Of a DNA stretch of 64,000 nucleotides, positions 17,779-27,647 are shown in pieces; positions within the stretch are counted from its first letter, which is position 1; the number at the start of each line of letters is the position of its first letter. The stretch lies in the IMG/VR virus record IMGVR_UViG_3300048091_000425, one strand, 5' to 3'. Both the position numbers and the translations under genes were made by a program. The stretch is from a virus. A model generated the notes under the pieces. That model ran no database searches. It was given only the letters and a program-made list of their open reading frames with translations, and was not told the origin of the DNA.

Positions 17779-18486
17779 ATGATCAAGTCCACTTTTTTCA
17801 CCCTTATTACAGCGGCCCTGGCCTTTTTCCCAGTCGATGGTTCTGCGTTGCCAATGCGCCCGGATGCCAGCAAATTAAACCAATCGCACGTGCGATGCGG
17901 CGTGATGGGTAAATACGACGTCAGCGTCCCTTTCACCATTCGCAGCGTCACGACCGAAATGGAAACGCTCAACCCGGCTGAGGTTTGCGACTCCAGGCTG
18001 AAAAAGCTCGAAATGAAGTTGCAGGTCAATAGCCTCCAGACCGTCAGCGCCGACAGCTGGGTCAGAACACCCGTGGCCGATTACAGCCTGATAATTGAGC
18101 CGTCTGACCAAGCCCCTACCGTCAAAACAGGGGCCCTGATCAAAAAACTGTACAGCCGGGAAAGTTATGAGAGCGGCAATGGCTTCCCTTCTCAGGCCCC
18201 TGAGCGAGTCAAAGGGCTGGTGTTCATCAAGGGATCAAAGTTCGAGGGTGCGGAATTTCGCGATGATTTTTACTTGAAAAGCGATAGCCGTGGAAACCTC
18301 GAGTACATGATCCACTGCCTGATCGGCGCCAACGAGGCGGGCCAATGCAAGATGGCTTTCTCCCCCAGCGATATCGACTTGAACATGGTGGTCACCATCG
18401 CATCCTCAGACATCGACAACTACCGGGGCATTGCGAACGCGGCCAAGACCGTCGTCCGCACCCTGATCAAGAAACAAGACACTTAA
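17779..18486 (+). CDS. secreted hypothetical protein
   Basis: N-terminal signal peptide; two Cys pairs; stop overlaps the convergent adhesin stop in TTAA (18483-18486). Confidence 0.7.
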   Translation: MIKSTFFTLITAALAFFPVDGSALPMRPDASKLNQSHVRCGVMGKYDVSVPFTIRSVTTEMETLNPAEVCDSRLKKLEMKLQVNSLQTVSADSWVRTPVADYSLIIEPSDQAPTVKTGALIKKLYSRESYESGNGFPSQAPERVKGLVFIKGSKFEGAEFRDDFYLKSDSRGNLEYMIHCLIGANEAGQCKMAFSPSDIDLNMVVTIASSDIDNYRGIANAAKTVVRTLIKKQDT

Positions 18487-20402
18487 TACATGACGTCGAT
18501 GTAAACGACACCGCTCCGGCCAGCTGCCGTTTGGATAAGAAGGCCAACCGTGTCGTAGGTGACGTACCACTGACCCACTTCGGTATTGCCGCCAGAGCCA
18601 TAGCCGAAGGGTGACTTCCCGCCTTGGATGGTTCCAAATCCTTGGCCATAGCGTTGAGACCCGCTATTTCCTTGTCCGTAATAGACCGGGCCTCCTCCGG
18701 CACCAGGAATGAAGTTTGCAGGAGCTGGGCCACACGTACCAGCACTAGCGTAAGTGGCGTATGGCCCATCTGCAGCAGGTGAAACAGTTGGCCATTTAGG
18801 CTTGCCAGAACCCGTAATGATCATCGTAACGCCACCTGGCCCAACCCCATTGTAGCCGTCGATTCCGCCCATTGCGGCGCCACTGCCGCCCGCACACTCC
18901 AGCAGCGTTCCATTGGTCGCCGAGACGACCTTGCTGGAAGTCCCGTTAAAACCCACCGTCCCATCTTCACCACCTGGTGGAGGGTTGTAGTAGGTGTAGG
19001 GCAACCCAGGGGCTGCTACCCAAGCCGGGTTTGTAACAGGGTTAACACCTTTACCACCCACACCTACTTCAATGGTCAGGGTTTCTCCGGGAACCAATGT
19101 GACCGGGTGGTTGTAGACATAACCGCCGCTATGGCCACCAGATTGCATACTCCAACTACGCCATCCGAGCCCCGACGAACCTCCGCCAGCCATGCTGATC
19201 TGAGCACCGGTGACGCCCTGAGGAACGACCCAGGTGCCATTACTGGTATAGGTAAAACGATACATTTTCGGCGGGTCAGAGATCCCTTTCCACTTCCCTT
19301 CCTGGCACGACACCATTTCATATTTGGCGTTCACGCCCATCGCACCGTTGGCGGTACATGGGGTGCCGTCCGATTTGATTCCTTGAAAGAGTACTGGAGT
19401 TGCAGAGGTAATCTTGCCGCTCACATTCAACCGATTGAGGCGGCTGGACGCACTTGGGTTGAGCGTATAAGCCGCGTTGTCCGCGTCAATCAATTGCGAA
19501 CCGATGGCCTTGCCGGTTTTTACCGAGATGTCCCCGTGATTTACCTGAAGTGCTGTTTGCGCCGAGGTAAGACCGGCGTTAGAGCGAATTCCATTCTGAA
19601 CATACAGTCGCCCCATCTGCTCAACGTCCGCACTCACAATCACCCCAGCGCCAACCGCAGGTACCAAGGTGGCTGTTTTGGCGGAGCTATTACCAATGAC
19701 CAGGGGTTGACCGACCAGGTTCTGAATTCGGCTGACCCCGGTAATCATCCGGGAGGCTAACGTGGGGCCGCTCATCACTAATGGCACATGCAAGCTGCTC
19801 TTGCCATCAGTCCGGATCCAAGCGTCATCCGAAGGATTGGTTCTGGCAACGATGTTTATCGCACCCGTTTTTGGATCAGAGTTGACTGACAAGTGGGTGC
19901 TGGAGAACTGAGGTTGGTTAGCCAACCTGTTGCCTGCTGCCACCACAAGCGCGGCCACCCCAGACAGATCCGAGCGGGCCGCTGCCCCACCAACCGTCAT
20001 CACTTGGTACGGTGACACCTGCAAGGTCGCTGTGGTGAACTCTTTAGGTGCGATGCCGGCGACCGTTATCGATGTTTTGATACTGACCATGCCACCTGGA
20101 ATTGGAACTGCCGTCGTCGCCGCTGGAAAACTGCAGGGCAAATACTCAATCGCTGAAAGGCCGCCGCAGGATGCTGGTTTTAGCCAATTCGAACCAAACT
20201 GGTCGACTGGCTGGGATGGGTTGGCAGCGATCCACTTACGCAAGGCGTTGGTGTATTCGAGTAGCACGTGCCCTGTTTGACGAGCCTGATCAATCTGGAG
20301 ATCGCTGGTTTTGCTCGAAAAATTGAGCATGAGGGCGAACATCGTCAGGCTGACTGCCAGAATCAATTCAAGTAGGGTAAAGCCGCGTTGATTACGTTTC
20401 AT
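18483..20402 (-). CDS. pilV: PilV-like type IV pilus minor pilin/adhesin, paralog 3
   Basis: QRG/FTLLE prepilin site; C..NG.......SCQ.GKW segment like the shufflon PilV constant-region end; Gly-rich C-terminal domain. Confidence 0.75.
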   Translation of the reverse strand: MKRNQRGFTLLELILAVSLTMFALMLNFSSKTSDLQIDQARQTGHVLLEYTNALRKWIAANPSQPVDQFGSNWLKPASCGGLSAIEYLPCSFPAATTAVPIPGGMVSIKTSITVAGIAPKEFTTATLQVSPYQVMTVGGAAARSDLSGVAALVVAAGNRLANQPQFSSTHLSVNSDPKTGAINIVARTNPSDDAWIRTDGKSSLHVPLVMSGPTLASRMITGVSRIQNLVGQPLVIGNSSAKTATLVPAVGAGVIVSADVEQMGRLYVQNGIRSNAGLTSAQTALQVNHGDISVKTGKAIGSQLIDADNAAYTLNPSASSRLNRLNVSGKITSATPVLFQGIKSDGTPCTANGAMGVNAKYEMVSCQEGKWKGISDPPKMYRFTYTSNGTWVVPQGVTGAQISMAGGGSSGLGWRSWSMQSGGHSGGYVYNHPVTLVPGETLTIEVGVGGKGVNPVTNPAWVAAPGLPYTYYNPPPGGEDGTVGFNGTSSKVVSATNGTLLECAGGSGAAMGGIDGYNGVGPGGVTMIITGSGKPKWPTVSPAADGPYATYASAGTCGPAPANFIPGAGGGPVYYGQGNSGSQRYGQGFGTIQGGKSPFGYGSGGNTEVGQWYVTYDTVGLLIQTAAGRSGVVYIDVMY

Positions 20403-20414
20403 GGCCGCTTCCCA

Positions 20415-22298
20415 TTAATACAGCACGTCGATATAAACAATGCCGGGTTTTCCTTTATTGACGTAAACGCAGCTACCGATGAAGTCATGCGTCACGTAAC
20501 ACCCACTAGCGCCGATATCACCGCCCGAGCCATAAGCCAAGGGGGACAACCCTCCCAACTTGATTCCCGAAGAAACCTCATAGATGGCCGTTCCAGAATT
20601 TCCCCGTCCATAGTCAGCCGGGCCACAGGCACCCGGCCCGTTTTCTTTCGCGTAACTCCCGGTTGCCATCCGCGATGGCGTTGCATAAACGCCTGGCGCA
20701 TAGTCTTTCAGCACCGGTTCTATTGGATTGCCAATGGAGGCGGTAGGCGTCACCGCAGAGCCTAACATCGAGTTATAACCATTCATCGACACACCACTGC
20801 CGCCAGAACATTCAATTAATAGACCTCTGGTGAGGGAGGTAACAATTGACGAGCCGCCTGGGTAGCCAGACAAACCATCGGTCGTCGTGCTATCAGGGTT
20901 GTAGTAGATATAATAGGGAGGGCCAGGATCAGCGAGAATACCGGTTCTAATTGGCCCAGAGCCCCTCCCACCAGCCCCCACAGTGATTTGCAAAACCTCA
21001 CCAGGCTCTAAATTCATCGGATGGTTCATCACAAACCCACCCGAGTGCCCTGTCGCCGTGTAGTTGCTGGATCGCCAACCCACCCCAGAGCTACCGCCGC
21101 CAGCTATCGAGATGTAGGCGCTTGTTACCCCTTCAGGGACTGTCCAGGTACCATCGGCGGTGAAGGTAAAGCGGTAAACCTTCGGCGACTTCGTGACCCG
21201 CTCCCAATCGGCTCCACGACAAGTCATGATCCGTCCGGTAGCGTCGGAAGAGATGGCGCCAGGTGTCTGGCAGGTGGTTTTCGATTGCTGACCGGGCATG
21301 AGTGAATCTTTGACGATGAGCTTGCTCACCACATCCGCCGATTTGGTTGAACTGGTCTTGTCCGGGTCAAACAACAGTGTTGAATTGTCAACACTCTGCA
21401 AGGCTTTCGCAGTGATCGATCCAGAGCCTTGATCCAGGTTACCAGTCAGGATATTGATCGACGCATCCGCTATGATTTGATCACGCGCTTGTAATTCGCC
21501 CAGGATCGTTGCATCCGAATCAATCACTACGCCACTGGTCAAGGATGAGCTCAAGCCACTTGCTGGGCCAAGATAGAGCAGTTCTCCAGCAAAACTTTCG
21601 AGGGCCGATGCTCCGACCACGTTTCGCAGCAATGGCGAGACGTTACCCATTTTCAATGAACCGCTCATCATGTTGCCGCCGTCGACGCGCAGCCATGGGT
21701 CGTTGGTGGCGACGTTACTGGCCTCCAGTGTGATCACCCCAGTCTTTGGATCAGCATTCACTTTACCGTCAGAGTTTAGGGCGTCCGCTTGGGTGGGTTT
21801 GCTGCTGGCAACAACGATAGCAATGACGCCGGCCAAGTCCGCCCGCGTCTTGGTGTCCAATTTGTAGGCTGTGACTGACGATGTAGCCCTTGTCTCAAAG
21901 GAGAAACCTTTGGGAACAGAGATAATCTGGGTTTGCACCGACAGTCCACCCCGAGAGAATGGCACCGCTGTACTTAAGGATGGGAAGTTACACGGAAGAT
22001 ACTCAATGCTCGAAAGCCCACCGCAGCTGGTGCTTTTCAACCAGTCAGTGCCGCTGTAGATCCCGTTCGCACCAAGGTTTTGGGACACATACGAGCGCAC
22101 GCCGTTGTTGTATTGAGCCAGGATGTTGCCAGCCAAACGCGCCTGATTTTGGTCATTCTCTGCTCGGTTGGCTTCCATTGTCAGCAAGGAGGCAATCGCC
22201 ACCAGTCCCATGGCTAACACCACTTCGAGCAAGGTGAATCCAGCCTGCTTGGGAGATGTATTGGGGCGGTGGCTTTTTCTCGAATTAATAGAAAACAT
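20415..22298 (-). CDS. pilV: PilV-like type IV pilus minor pilin/adhesin, paralog 2
   Basis: QAG/FTLLE; RADLAGV, WLRVDG, CQTPG...TCRG.DW; Gly-rich C-terminus. Confidence 0.75.
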   Translation of the reverse strand: MFSINSRKSHRPNTSPKQAGFTLLEVVLAMGLVAIASLLTMEANRAENDQNQARLAGNILAQYNNGVRSYVSQNLGANGIYSGTDWLKSTSCGGLSSIEYLPCNFPSLSTAVPFSRGGLSVQTQIISVPKGFSFETRATSSVTAYKLDTKTRADLAGVIAIVVASSKPTQADALNSDGKVNADPKTGVITLEASNVATNDPWLRVDGGNMMSGSLKMGNVSPLLRNVVGASALESFAGELLYLGPASGLSSSLTSGVVIDSDATILGELQARDQIIADASINILTGNLDQGSGSITAKALQSVDNSTLLFDPDKTSSTKSADVVSKLIVKDSLMPGQQSKTTCQTPGAISSDATGRIMTCRGADWERVTKSPKVYRFTFTADGTWTVPEGVTSAYISIAGGGSSGVGWRSSNYTATGHSGGFVMNHPMNLEPGEVLQITVGAGGRGSGPIRTGILADPGPPYYIYYNPDSTTTDGLSGYPGGSSIVTSLTRGLLIECSGGSGVSMNGYNSMLGSAVTPTASIGNPIEPVLKDYAPGVYATPSRMATGSYAKENGPGACGPADYGRGNSGTAIYEVSSGIKLGGLSPLAYGSGGDIGASGCYVTHDFIGSCVYVNKGKPGIVYIDVLY

Positions 22299-24189
22299 CG
22301 ATCATCACCACTCCGTCAGAACCATTTTGAGGAAATCTGCACGATTCTTGCTTCGCGGCTGTGACAAAGCAGCGGGAAATAACCAAATCACCACCGGAGC
22401 CATAACCAAAAGGCGTGCGCCCTCCGCTGATCATGTCGCCGACAGAAGCAGAGTTATACATAGCTTCTACGCCAAGGCCGTAGTTACCAACTCCACACAC
22501 ACCGGGCCCCCAAACATCCCCAGCAGCGGAATGTGTGGTCTTTTGTGCCTGCCAGGTGTAAGTGGACGGCGCAAACGGAACCATGACGATGGAAGCGACT
22601 GAAGCTACTGGGTTCGTGTTATTTTCGCCATGAAGAGCAGCAGACGTGATCCCCGAACCTGAGCTTCCTGCCCCGCCAGAGCATTCAAGCAATAGCCCAT
22701 TGGTTGGGGACGTGACTCTCGTGGTACCGCCTGGAAGTCCGGTTAAACCAGAGTTAGCGGGGTTTCCCCAAAAAACGTAGAACGGGTATCCAGCGTTCGA
22801 GAGTATGCCGCTGTTTACAGGTGCGTAGGCTAATGCACCCTTACCTACGTTTATCTGAATTACTTCACCTGGCACCATAGGCACCTGATGGTTCATCACA
22901 AAGCCACCAGAGTGGCCGGAGCTACTGTGGGATTCGACACGCCAGCCCATGCCGGAACCACCCCCACCGGCAGCGGAGATGAAGCCGCTAGTGACGTGAT
23001 CTGGCACTGTCCAGCTACCACTGGATGTGAACACAAAACGGTGCAATACCGGCGACTTGCCGACTTTTAGCCATAAATTGCCCTGACACGACAACAGATT
23101 GTTCGCAGCATCTTTGGCGACTTCGCCATTCGTGGGACAACCCGCAAGCTCCACGACAACCGTGTTGATCTCCAGTACAGGGTCAGGACGAGACGCCACC
23201 GGCACGGAAAGATCTGGAGTGATGCTGGCCGCGCCGTCGAGCGTCAGGGTACTGAATTTGCTCTGGCCTCCAGGGTTTGCCATGTAGGCACCAGCAGCTG
23301 AGTTGTAGAGGCCCTGCTTTGTGATCAAATTGCCTAGCGGAATTTTCGTGTTACCCGAAGCGATAACCACCGAGTTGGCAGAATCAATGCCCCCGTCGGC
23401 CAGCAGACGGCCAAGCACCTCAGTGTCCGAGTCAACCACCACCGTGGCGCCAGCCGGGATCCCTAGGCCACTTGAAGAACCAAATATCAGAGGTTGGCCA
23501 GGGATAGGCTGGATGCGTGAGGCGCCAACGATGCGGCGATTCGCAGCCAATGAGCTGTCAAAGGACAGGTTGCCATCCATTGTGTTGCCGCCGTCGGCTC
23601 GCAGCCAGGCGTCACCAGATTCCGGCTTTCTGGTCGTCATGGCGATCACAGCGGTTTTTGCGTTGGCATTGATCGAGCCGAACATGGTGCGGTCGAATGC
23701 ATTACCACTCAAGGCAGCCATTGCCGCAACGCCGGCCAGATCTGCCCGAGGAAGGCCGGAGAGCAGGTAAGGCGAAAACGTGGTCTGCCCCATCGTTTCT
23801 GTTTTTTCAGCGTTGGTGACCGTCGAAATGATGGTTTTAACGGTCAGGCTTCCCGGCATCAGGGGCTCTGGATTGACCACATCGGTGATGTCTGCCGTGG
23901 GGAATTTGCAATCAAGATAGCCTGGCGCTGGCGCCAGGCCGCCGCAGGAGACAGGCTTCAACCATTTGGTACCGGAGTAACTGCCGGACGCTCCTGGGTG
24001 GTCAGCAATCCACTTCTGGACGGCTTTTCCATAATCACGCAACTGGCCACCCGTGCCTTTGGCGGCATTGATGTAGAAGTCTGCCGACTGGCTTTCCACG
24101 GTAAACACGGCGGCGATGGAAAGCAGGCTGACGACAAACACAACCTCTATGAGGGTGGCGCCCTTTTGCCTTGATTTGGAAGAATGCAC
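22285..24189 (-). CDS. pilV: PilV-like type IV pilus minor pilin/adhesin, paralog 1
   Basis: QKG/ATLIE; RADLAGV, WLRADG, CPTNG...SCQG.LW; Gly-rich C-terminus. Confidence 0.75.
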   Translation of the reverse strand: MHSSKSRQKGATLIEVVFVVSLLSIAAVFTVESQSADFYINAAKGTGGQLRDYGKAVQKWIADHPGASGSYSGTKWLKPVSCGGLAPAPGYLDCKFPTADITDVVNPEPLMPGSLTVKTIISTVTNAEKTETMGQTTFSPYLLSGLPRADLAGVAAMAALSGNAFDRTMFGSINANAKTAVIAMTTRKPESGDAWLRADGGNTMDGNLSFDSSLAANRRIVGASRIQPIPGQPLIFGSSSGLGIPAGATVVVDSDTEVLGRLLADGGIDSANSVVIASGNTKIPLGNLITKQGLYNSAAGAYMANPGGQSKFSTLTLDGAASITPDLSVPVASRPDPVLEINTVVVELAGCPTNGEVAKDAANNLLSCQGNLWLKVGKSPVLHRFVFTSSGSWTVPDHVTSGFISAAGGGGSGMGWRVESHSSSGHSGGFVMNHQVPMVPGEVIQINVGKGALAYAPVNSGILSNAGYPFYVFWGNPANSGLTGLPGGTTRVTSPTNGLLLECSGGAGSSGSGITSAALHGENNTNPVASVASIVMVPFAPSTYTWQAQKTTHSAAGDVWGPGVCGVGNYGLGVEAMYNSASVGDMISGGRTPFGYGSGGDLVISRCFVTAAKQESCRFPQNGSDGVVMIDVFY

Positions 24190-24635
24190 GGCAACACCAT
24201 TGTTTTTATTATAGTTATGATGATTATTGTAGAGGTGAGTGACCCATTAGTCCATGAATGACGGACTGAGAAAGTGTCAATATATGTGCTTTAGAATTGT
24301 CAGGGCCGCGATTGGAGCCCCGCTACAATGCGGTCAACAAAGTTGGGCTCAACCCGACGCTCTTAGGCTGTCAGGTATAACGCTAGAAGCGGCGCCGAAG
24401 GCGACCTTATTTTGGCTTTCGAAGAAAGCCTAAAATGCCTACCATCTGTACAACCTGCTTTTCGCTGTTGTCTTTTTACCATGCTTTTTACCATGCCGTT
24501 GTCTTGGCCACCCCTACCAGCCTTCCAATCTAAGATGCTGTGATTGGTCAGTATGTGGCCCGAACAGCATAGGACATTGAGAGCAAAACACGCCCCACAA
24601 TGCCCTTCAAAATTGATGTCAAACCTCACACGCCT

Positions 24636-25145
24636 TTAATGTCTCTCCCAGACCTCAAACTGATACGCCGGGCTTTTGTCGGTGGCGAGGTTCGGGGTAT
24701 TCGACGCCAGAACCCACCGACCAGCCTTGAACTCAGGGAACCAGGTATCGCCATCAGGGTTCAAGTCGACGCGGGTGATATAGAGACGGTCGGCCTGCTC
24801 CAAGGCTTGGGCATAAAGCTGCGCCCCACCGATCAGCATGATCTCATCGGCGCAGTGCTCATAGGCCCAGGTCGTGGCTCGCTCTAAGGCAGCATCCAAA
24901 GAATCAAACACCTCGGCGCCATCGAGGTGCAGGCCTTTTTGACGGCTCACCACCAGGTTCAGTCGACCCGGCAAAGGACGACCCAGGGAGTCCCAGGTTA
25001 AGCGCCCCATGATGACCGGTTTGCCGAGTGTCCTGGCCTTGAAGTACTTGAAGTCGCCCGGTAGATGCCAGGGCATGGTGTTGTTGATACCAATCACACC
25101 GTTTTGCGCGACGGCGGCGATCAGACTCAGGGGAATCTGTTTCAT
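24636..25145 (-). CDS. folA: dihydrofolate reductase
   Basis: LIAA..QNGVIG.NNTMPWHLPGDFKYFK..TLGKPVIMGRLTWDSLGRPLPGR.N.V.SR, IGGAQLY, DTWFP. Confidence 0.97.
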   Translation of the reverse strand: MKQIPLSLIAAVAQNGVIGINNTMPWHLPGDFKYFKARTLGKPVIMGRLTWDSLGRPLPGRLNLVVSRQKGLHLDGAEVFDSLDAALERATTWAYEHCADEIMLIGGAQLYAQALEQADRLYITRVDLNPDGDTWFPEFKAGRWVLASNTPNLATDKSPAYQFEVWERH

Positions 25146-25281
25146 GAGTACTGGTTCTCAGAGAGGCTTGCGGTGGATCCAGCTTATCAGAACTTGGGGG
25201 CCTATGATGCTGGACAGCATCTAGCGCATGATTGAGACTTTGGGCTTGTGGTCACCTGTAATTTGAGGCCGGAGGCAGCCT

Positions 25282-25509
25282 GTGAGTATCACCATTTCCT
25301 CGCCAGTGCCTTCTGAGATTCTGAACGCAGACCGCTATTGGTTGATGTTTTTTGAGGCTGGCGTGATCAGCCTGGATGAGGCCGAGCGGAGAGCTCGAGG
25401 ATCGCTGCGCTTGAAAGAGGCATATTCAGACGATCCTTGGTATGCCAGAAAGGCCGAGCGCGACCCAACCTTTTGGAGCAGGTTCTACGCAACCCGTGTC
25501 AATTCTTAA
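25282..25509 (+). CDS. hypothetical protein
   Basis: 75-aa ORF, GTG start. Confidence 0.45.
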   Translation: MSITISSPVPSEILNADRYWLMFFEAGVISLDEAERRARGSLRLKEAYSDDPWYARKAERDPTFWSRFYATRVNS

Positions 25510-25625
25510 CCATGCCGCACAAAGAATCGATCCACGGCTGGATGTTCAGTACTATGGGGGAAAGCCCAGCCAGCTTTTGTTCGGGTTGGCGGGGTTCACG
25601 GTATTCCAAGCAGATGGGGGAAACC

Positions 25626-25979
25626 ATGACAAGACAGCTTTTCGCCGTGTTCGCTTTTTCCGCCCTGGCGGCTAGCTCTGGCTGTAGCTCCACCAGCGCC
25701 TTTGATTATCAGTATGGGACGCCCATCACCGACCAGCAGCTCGCTGCCCTGGTCGAAGGCCGCAGCACGTCAGACGATGTGTTCAAAGCCGTGGGTAAGC
25801 CCGACAAGAAAGGTCAGCTCAGCGGTCGCACGTTCTGGTCGTACCACTACATCCGCAGCCCGGCCCTCCCCTTCGGTGGGCGTAAGCAATACGAGCAGGT
25901 GGTAGTCTTCGAATTCAACAAAGACGGCACCCTGCAGAAAACCCGCAAGAAGCTGATTCCAGATGGGGACGCCTCTTAA
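25626..25979 (+). CDS. SmpA/OmlA (BamE-like) domain lipoprotein
   Basis: Lipobox SSG/C; G.ST.DDV...GKP, W.Y.Y and a VVFEF..DG.L pattern. Confidence 0.75.
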   Translation: MTRQLFAVFAFSALAASSGCSSTSAFDYQYGTPITDQQLAALVEGRSTSDDVFKAVGKPDKKGQLSGRTFWSYHYIRSPALPFGGRKQYEQVVVFEFNKDGTLQKTRKKLIPDGDAS

Positions 25980-26006
25980 CCTGATCCTTCTGTCCGACCT
26001 CCCGCT

Positions 26007-26366
26007 TTGCATGCAGGCAATATATCGGGATACTTGCCTGATATTTGTCGTTCATGGGGAGTGCTGGTGGGAATCGATTTGCTGGTGATAGCCGGATTCT
26101 TGTTGTTCCTGAGCTTGCTTTCGGGGATGTACTCCTCCGTCGCGCTCCAGGATGCCAATCCCAGGCAGAAATCATCCAACTGCGCCGACCATTTCGGATC
26201 CTGGGTTCTCTTTGGGATTTCAGTCGCCTGCTCGTGCCTATTGGGTTATCTCGCCATTGGTGCAATCCAACAGGTAACAGCTTGCTCAGCGTGGTGGTTT
26301 TTGACCCTGCTGCTCCCTGGCTTTGTTGGTTTCGCTCTGCTCACGCCGTTCCTGCTGAGGAAATGA
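26007..26366 (+). CDS. small 3-TM membrane protein (paralog of 27366..27647)
   Basis: Hydrophobic segments; GSW and LPGFVG shared with 27366..27647; true start probably near 26061-26067. Confidence 0.6.
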   Translation: MHAGNISGYLPDICRSWGVLVGIDLLVIAGFLLFLSLLSGMYSSVALQDANPRQKSSNCADHFGSWVLFGISVACSCLLGYLAIGAIQQVTACSAWWFLTLLLPGFVGFALLTPFLLRK

Positions 26367-26415
26367 ATCAACATTAAGCGTATATTGACACCATACTCAA
26401 ATTAGGTGGCTGTCC

Positions 26416-26649
26416 ATGATTGTATTGAAATTGTTGGCCTTGGCCTGTGCATTGTTCGCGCTCCTTGTGTTCGTCCGTGTGCTGCTGCAGGACGATCCTA
26501 AGTTCGGTAAGTACAACTGGAAAGTAGCCCTCGCGTGCGCCGGCTTCAGCACTGTGCTGATGGTGCTGGCCTGTTTGGAATTCATCGTCTCGATCCCGCT
26601 TCGACTCTACTTCTACCTGCAATCTCTGTCCTCGAAAGGAAAGCCATGA
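26416..26649 (+). CDS. small 2-TM membrane protein
   Basis: Two hydrophobic helices. Confidence 0.6.
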   Translation: MIVLKLLALACALFALLVFVRVLLQDDPKFGKYNWKVALACAGFSTVLMVLACLEFIVSIPLRLYFYLQSLSSKGKP

Positions 26650-26942
26650 GCGGCCCGACCGGAAAGTTGTGTGCAAAACATGGCGGTAACTGCAATCCGG
26701 CTGACGCCTACTTTTACTGCGATGAATGCGCTCGCACGGGTATCGACAAGTGCCCCTGCGGCGGCCATGCCAGGTACTTTGGCGAGGCGCTGATGTGCAG
26801 CGTTAGCTGTGAAAGCTGTGGCGCCAGTGTGAGCAAGCTGGGCATGAAACCCAGCGTAAGGACGTTGTGGAACCACGGGTATCGAGGTTTTTTTGATTTC
26901 GATGCCGTTTTTGACCTACCAGGAACACCTGAGAATGTTTGA
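26646..26942 (+). CDS. Cys-rich protein, Lar-like zinc finger in C-terminal half
   Basis: ATGA overlap; CPCGG...VSCESCGA...WN pattern plus an extra N-terminal Cys cluster. Confidence 0.55.
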   Translation: MSGPTGKLCAKHGGNCNPADAYFYCDECARTGIDKCPCGGHARYFGEALMCSVSCESCGASVSKLGMKPSVRTLWNHGYRGFFDFDAVFDLPGTPENV

Positions 26943-27303
26943 GAACACTGCCGAATACCCAGCTCTGGTGATTGCCACGGTTCAGCTCGTCGGTATGATC
27001 GGCCTGATCTGCTTGTCCTACGTCAGCTACAGAGCTGGGTACGCGCCGCACTATGAGTGCTCAGCCACCAGAACCAGGCGGCAGACTTGCATGCGCCTTC
27101 TGCTGCTGTGGATCGGGGCGATCAGCGCCTATGCCGCCCTCTTCATCGCCCTGCTGATGACGGATTACTCGCATCTCATTTTCCCAATGGTGTTTTTGCT
27201 GATGCCGCCGTTTGGATTGCCGTACCTGATGAAACAATGGTTCACCCGCAACTCGAACTCGTACGCCGGCGATCACCAGATTCACGGATCTGACGAGAAG
27301 TAA
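26935..27303 (+). CDS. small membrane protein
   Basis: Three hydrophobic segments; overlaps the upstream stop. Confidence 0.6.
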   Translation: MFENTAEYPALVIATVQLVGMIGLICLSYVSYRAGYAPHYECSATRTRRQTCMRLLLLWIGAISAYAALFIALLMTDYSHLIFPMVFLLMPPFGLPYLMKQWFTRNSNSYAGDHQIHGSDEK

Positions 27304-27365
27304 CGCCACCCCACCCCACGTCTCCTGTCCGACCTCCGGGCTTGAGGCCACTTAGGAGAGATTGC

Positions 27366-27647
27366 ATGAGCTTCATCTTCAATTGCCTGTTGTTCATCGC
27401 CAGCCTGGTGGTGTTGCTGATGGCGGGCGCGTTCGGCGCGGTGTCGGTCAAATACGACGTCAAAGCGTCGCGGGCGGTTGCCCAGGCATTTCTGATCGGT
27501 TCCTGGATGTCGTTGGTGCTGGGGCTGATCGGTATCGCCCTGCTCTGCTGGGGCACGGGATTGAGCTTCTGGCTTTTGCTCTTGGCGCCGCTGCCAGGAT
27601 TCGTCGGCATGTTCCTGGGCGCTCCACCAGCGGGCCGTGGCGTATGA
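27366..27647 (+). CDS. small 3-TM membrane protein
   Basis: AGGAG RBS; GSW and LPGFVG motifs. Confidence 0.65.
   Translation: MSFIFNCLLFIASLVVLLMAGAFGAVSVKYDVKASRAVAQAFLIGSWMSLVLGLIGIALLCWGTGLSFWLLLLAPLPGFVGMFLGAPPAGRGV

Noticed and set aside
18483-24189. Shufflon / invertible cassette system
   Set aside because: All three genes are full length and co-oriented; no Rci-like recombinase or inverted sfx repeats were seen.
24636-25145. Integron dfrA cassette
   Set aside because: No attC site, intI or IS ends seen; the protein resembles chromosomal FolA.
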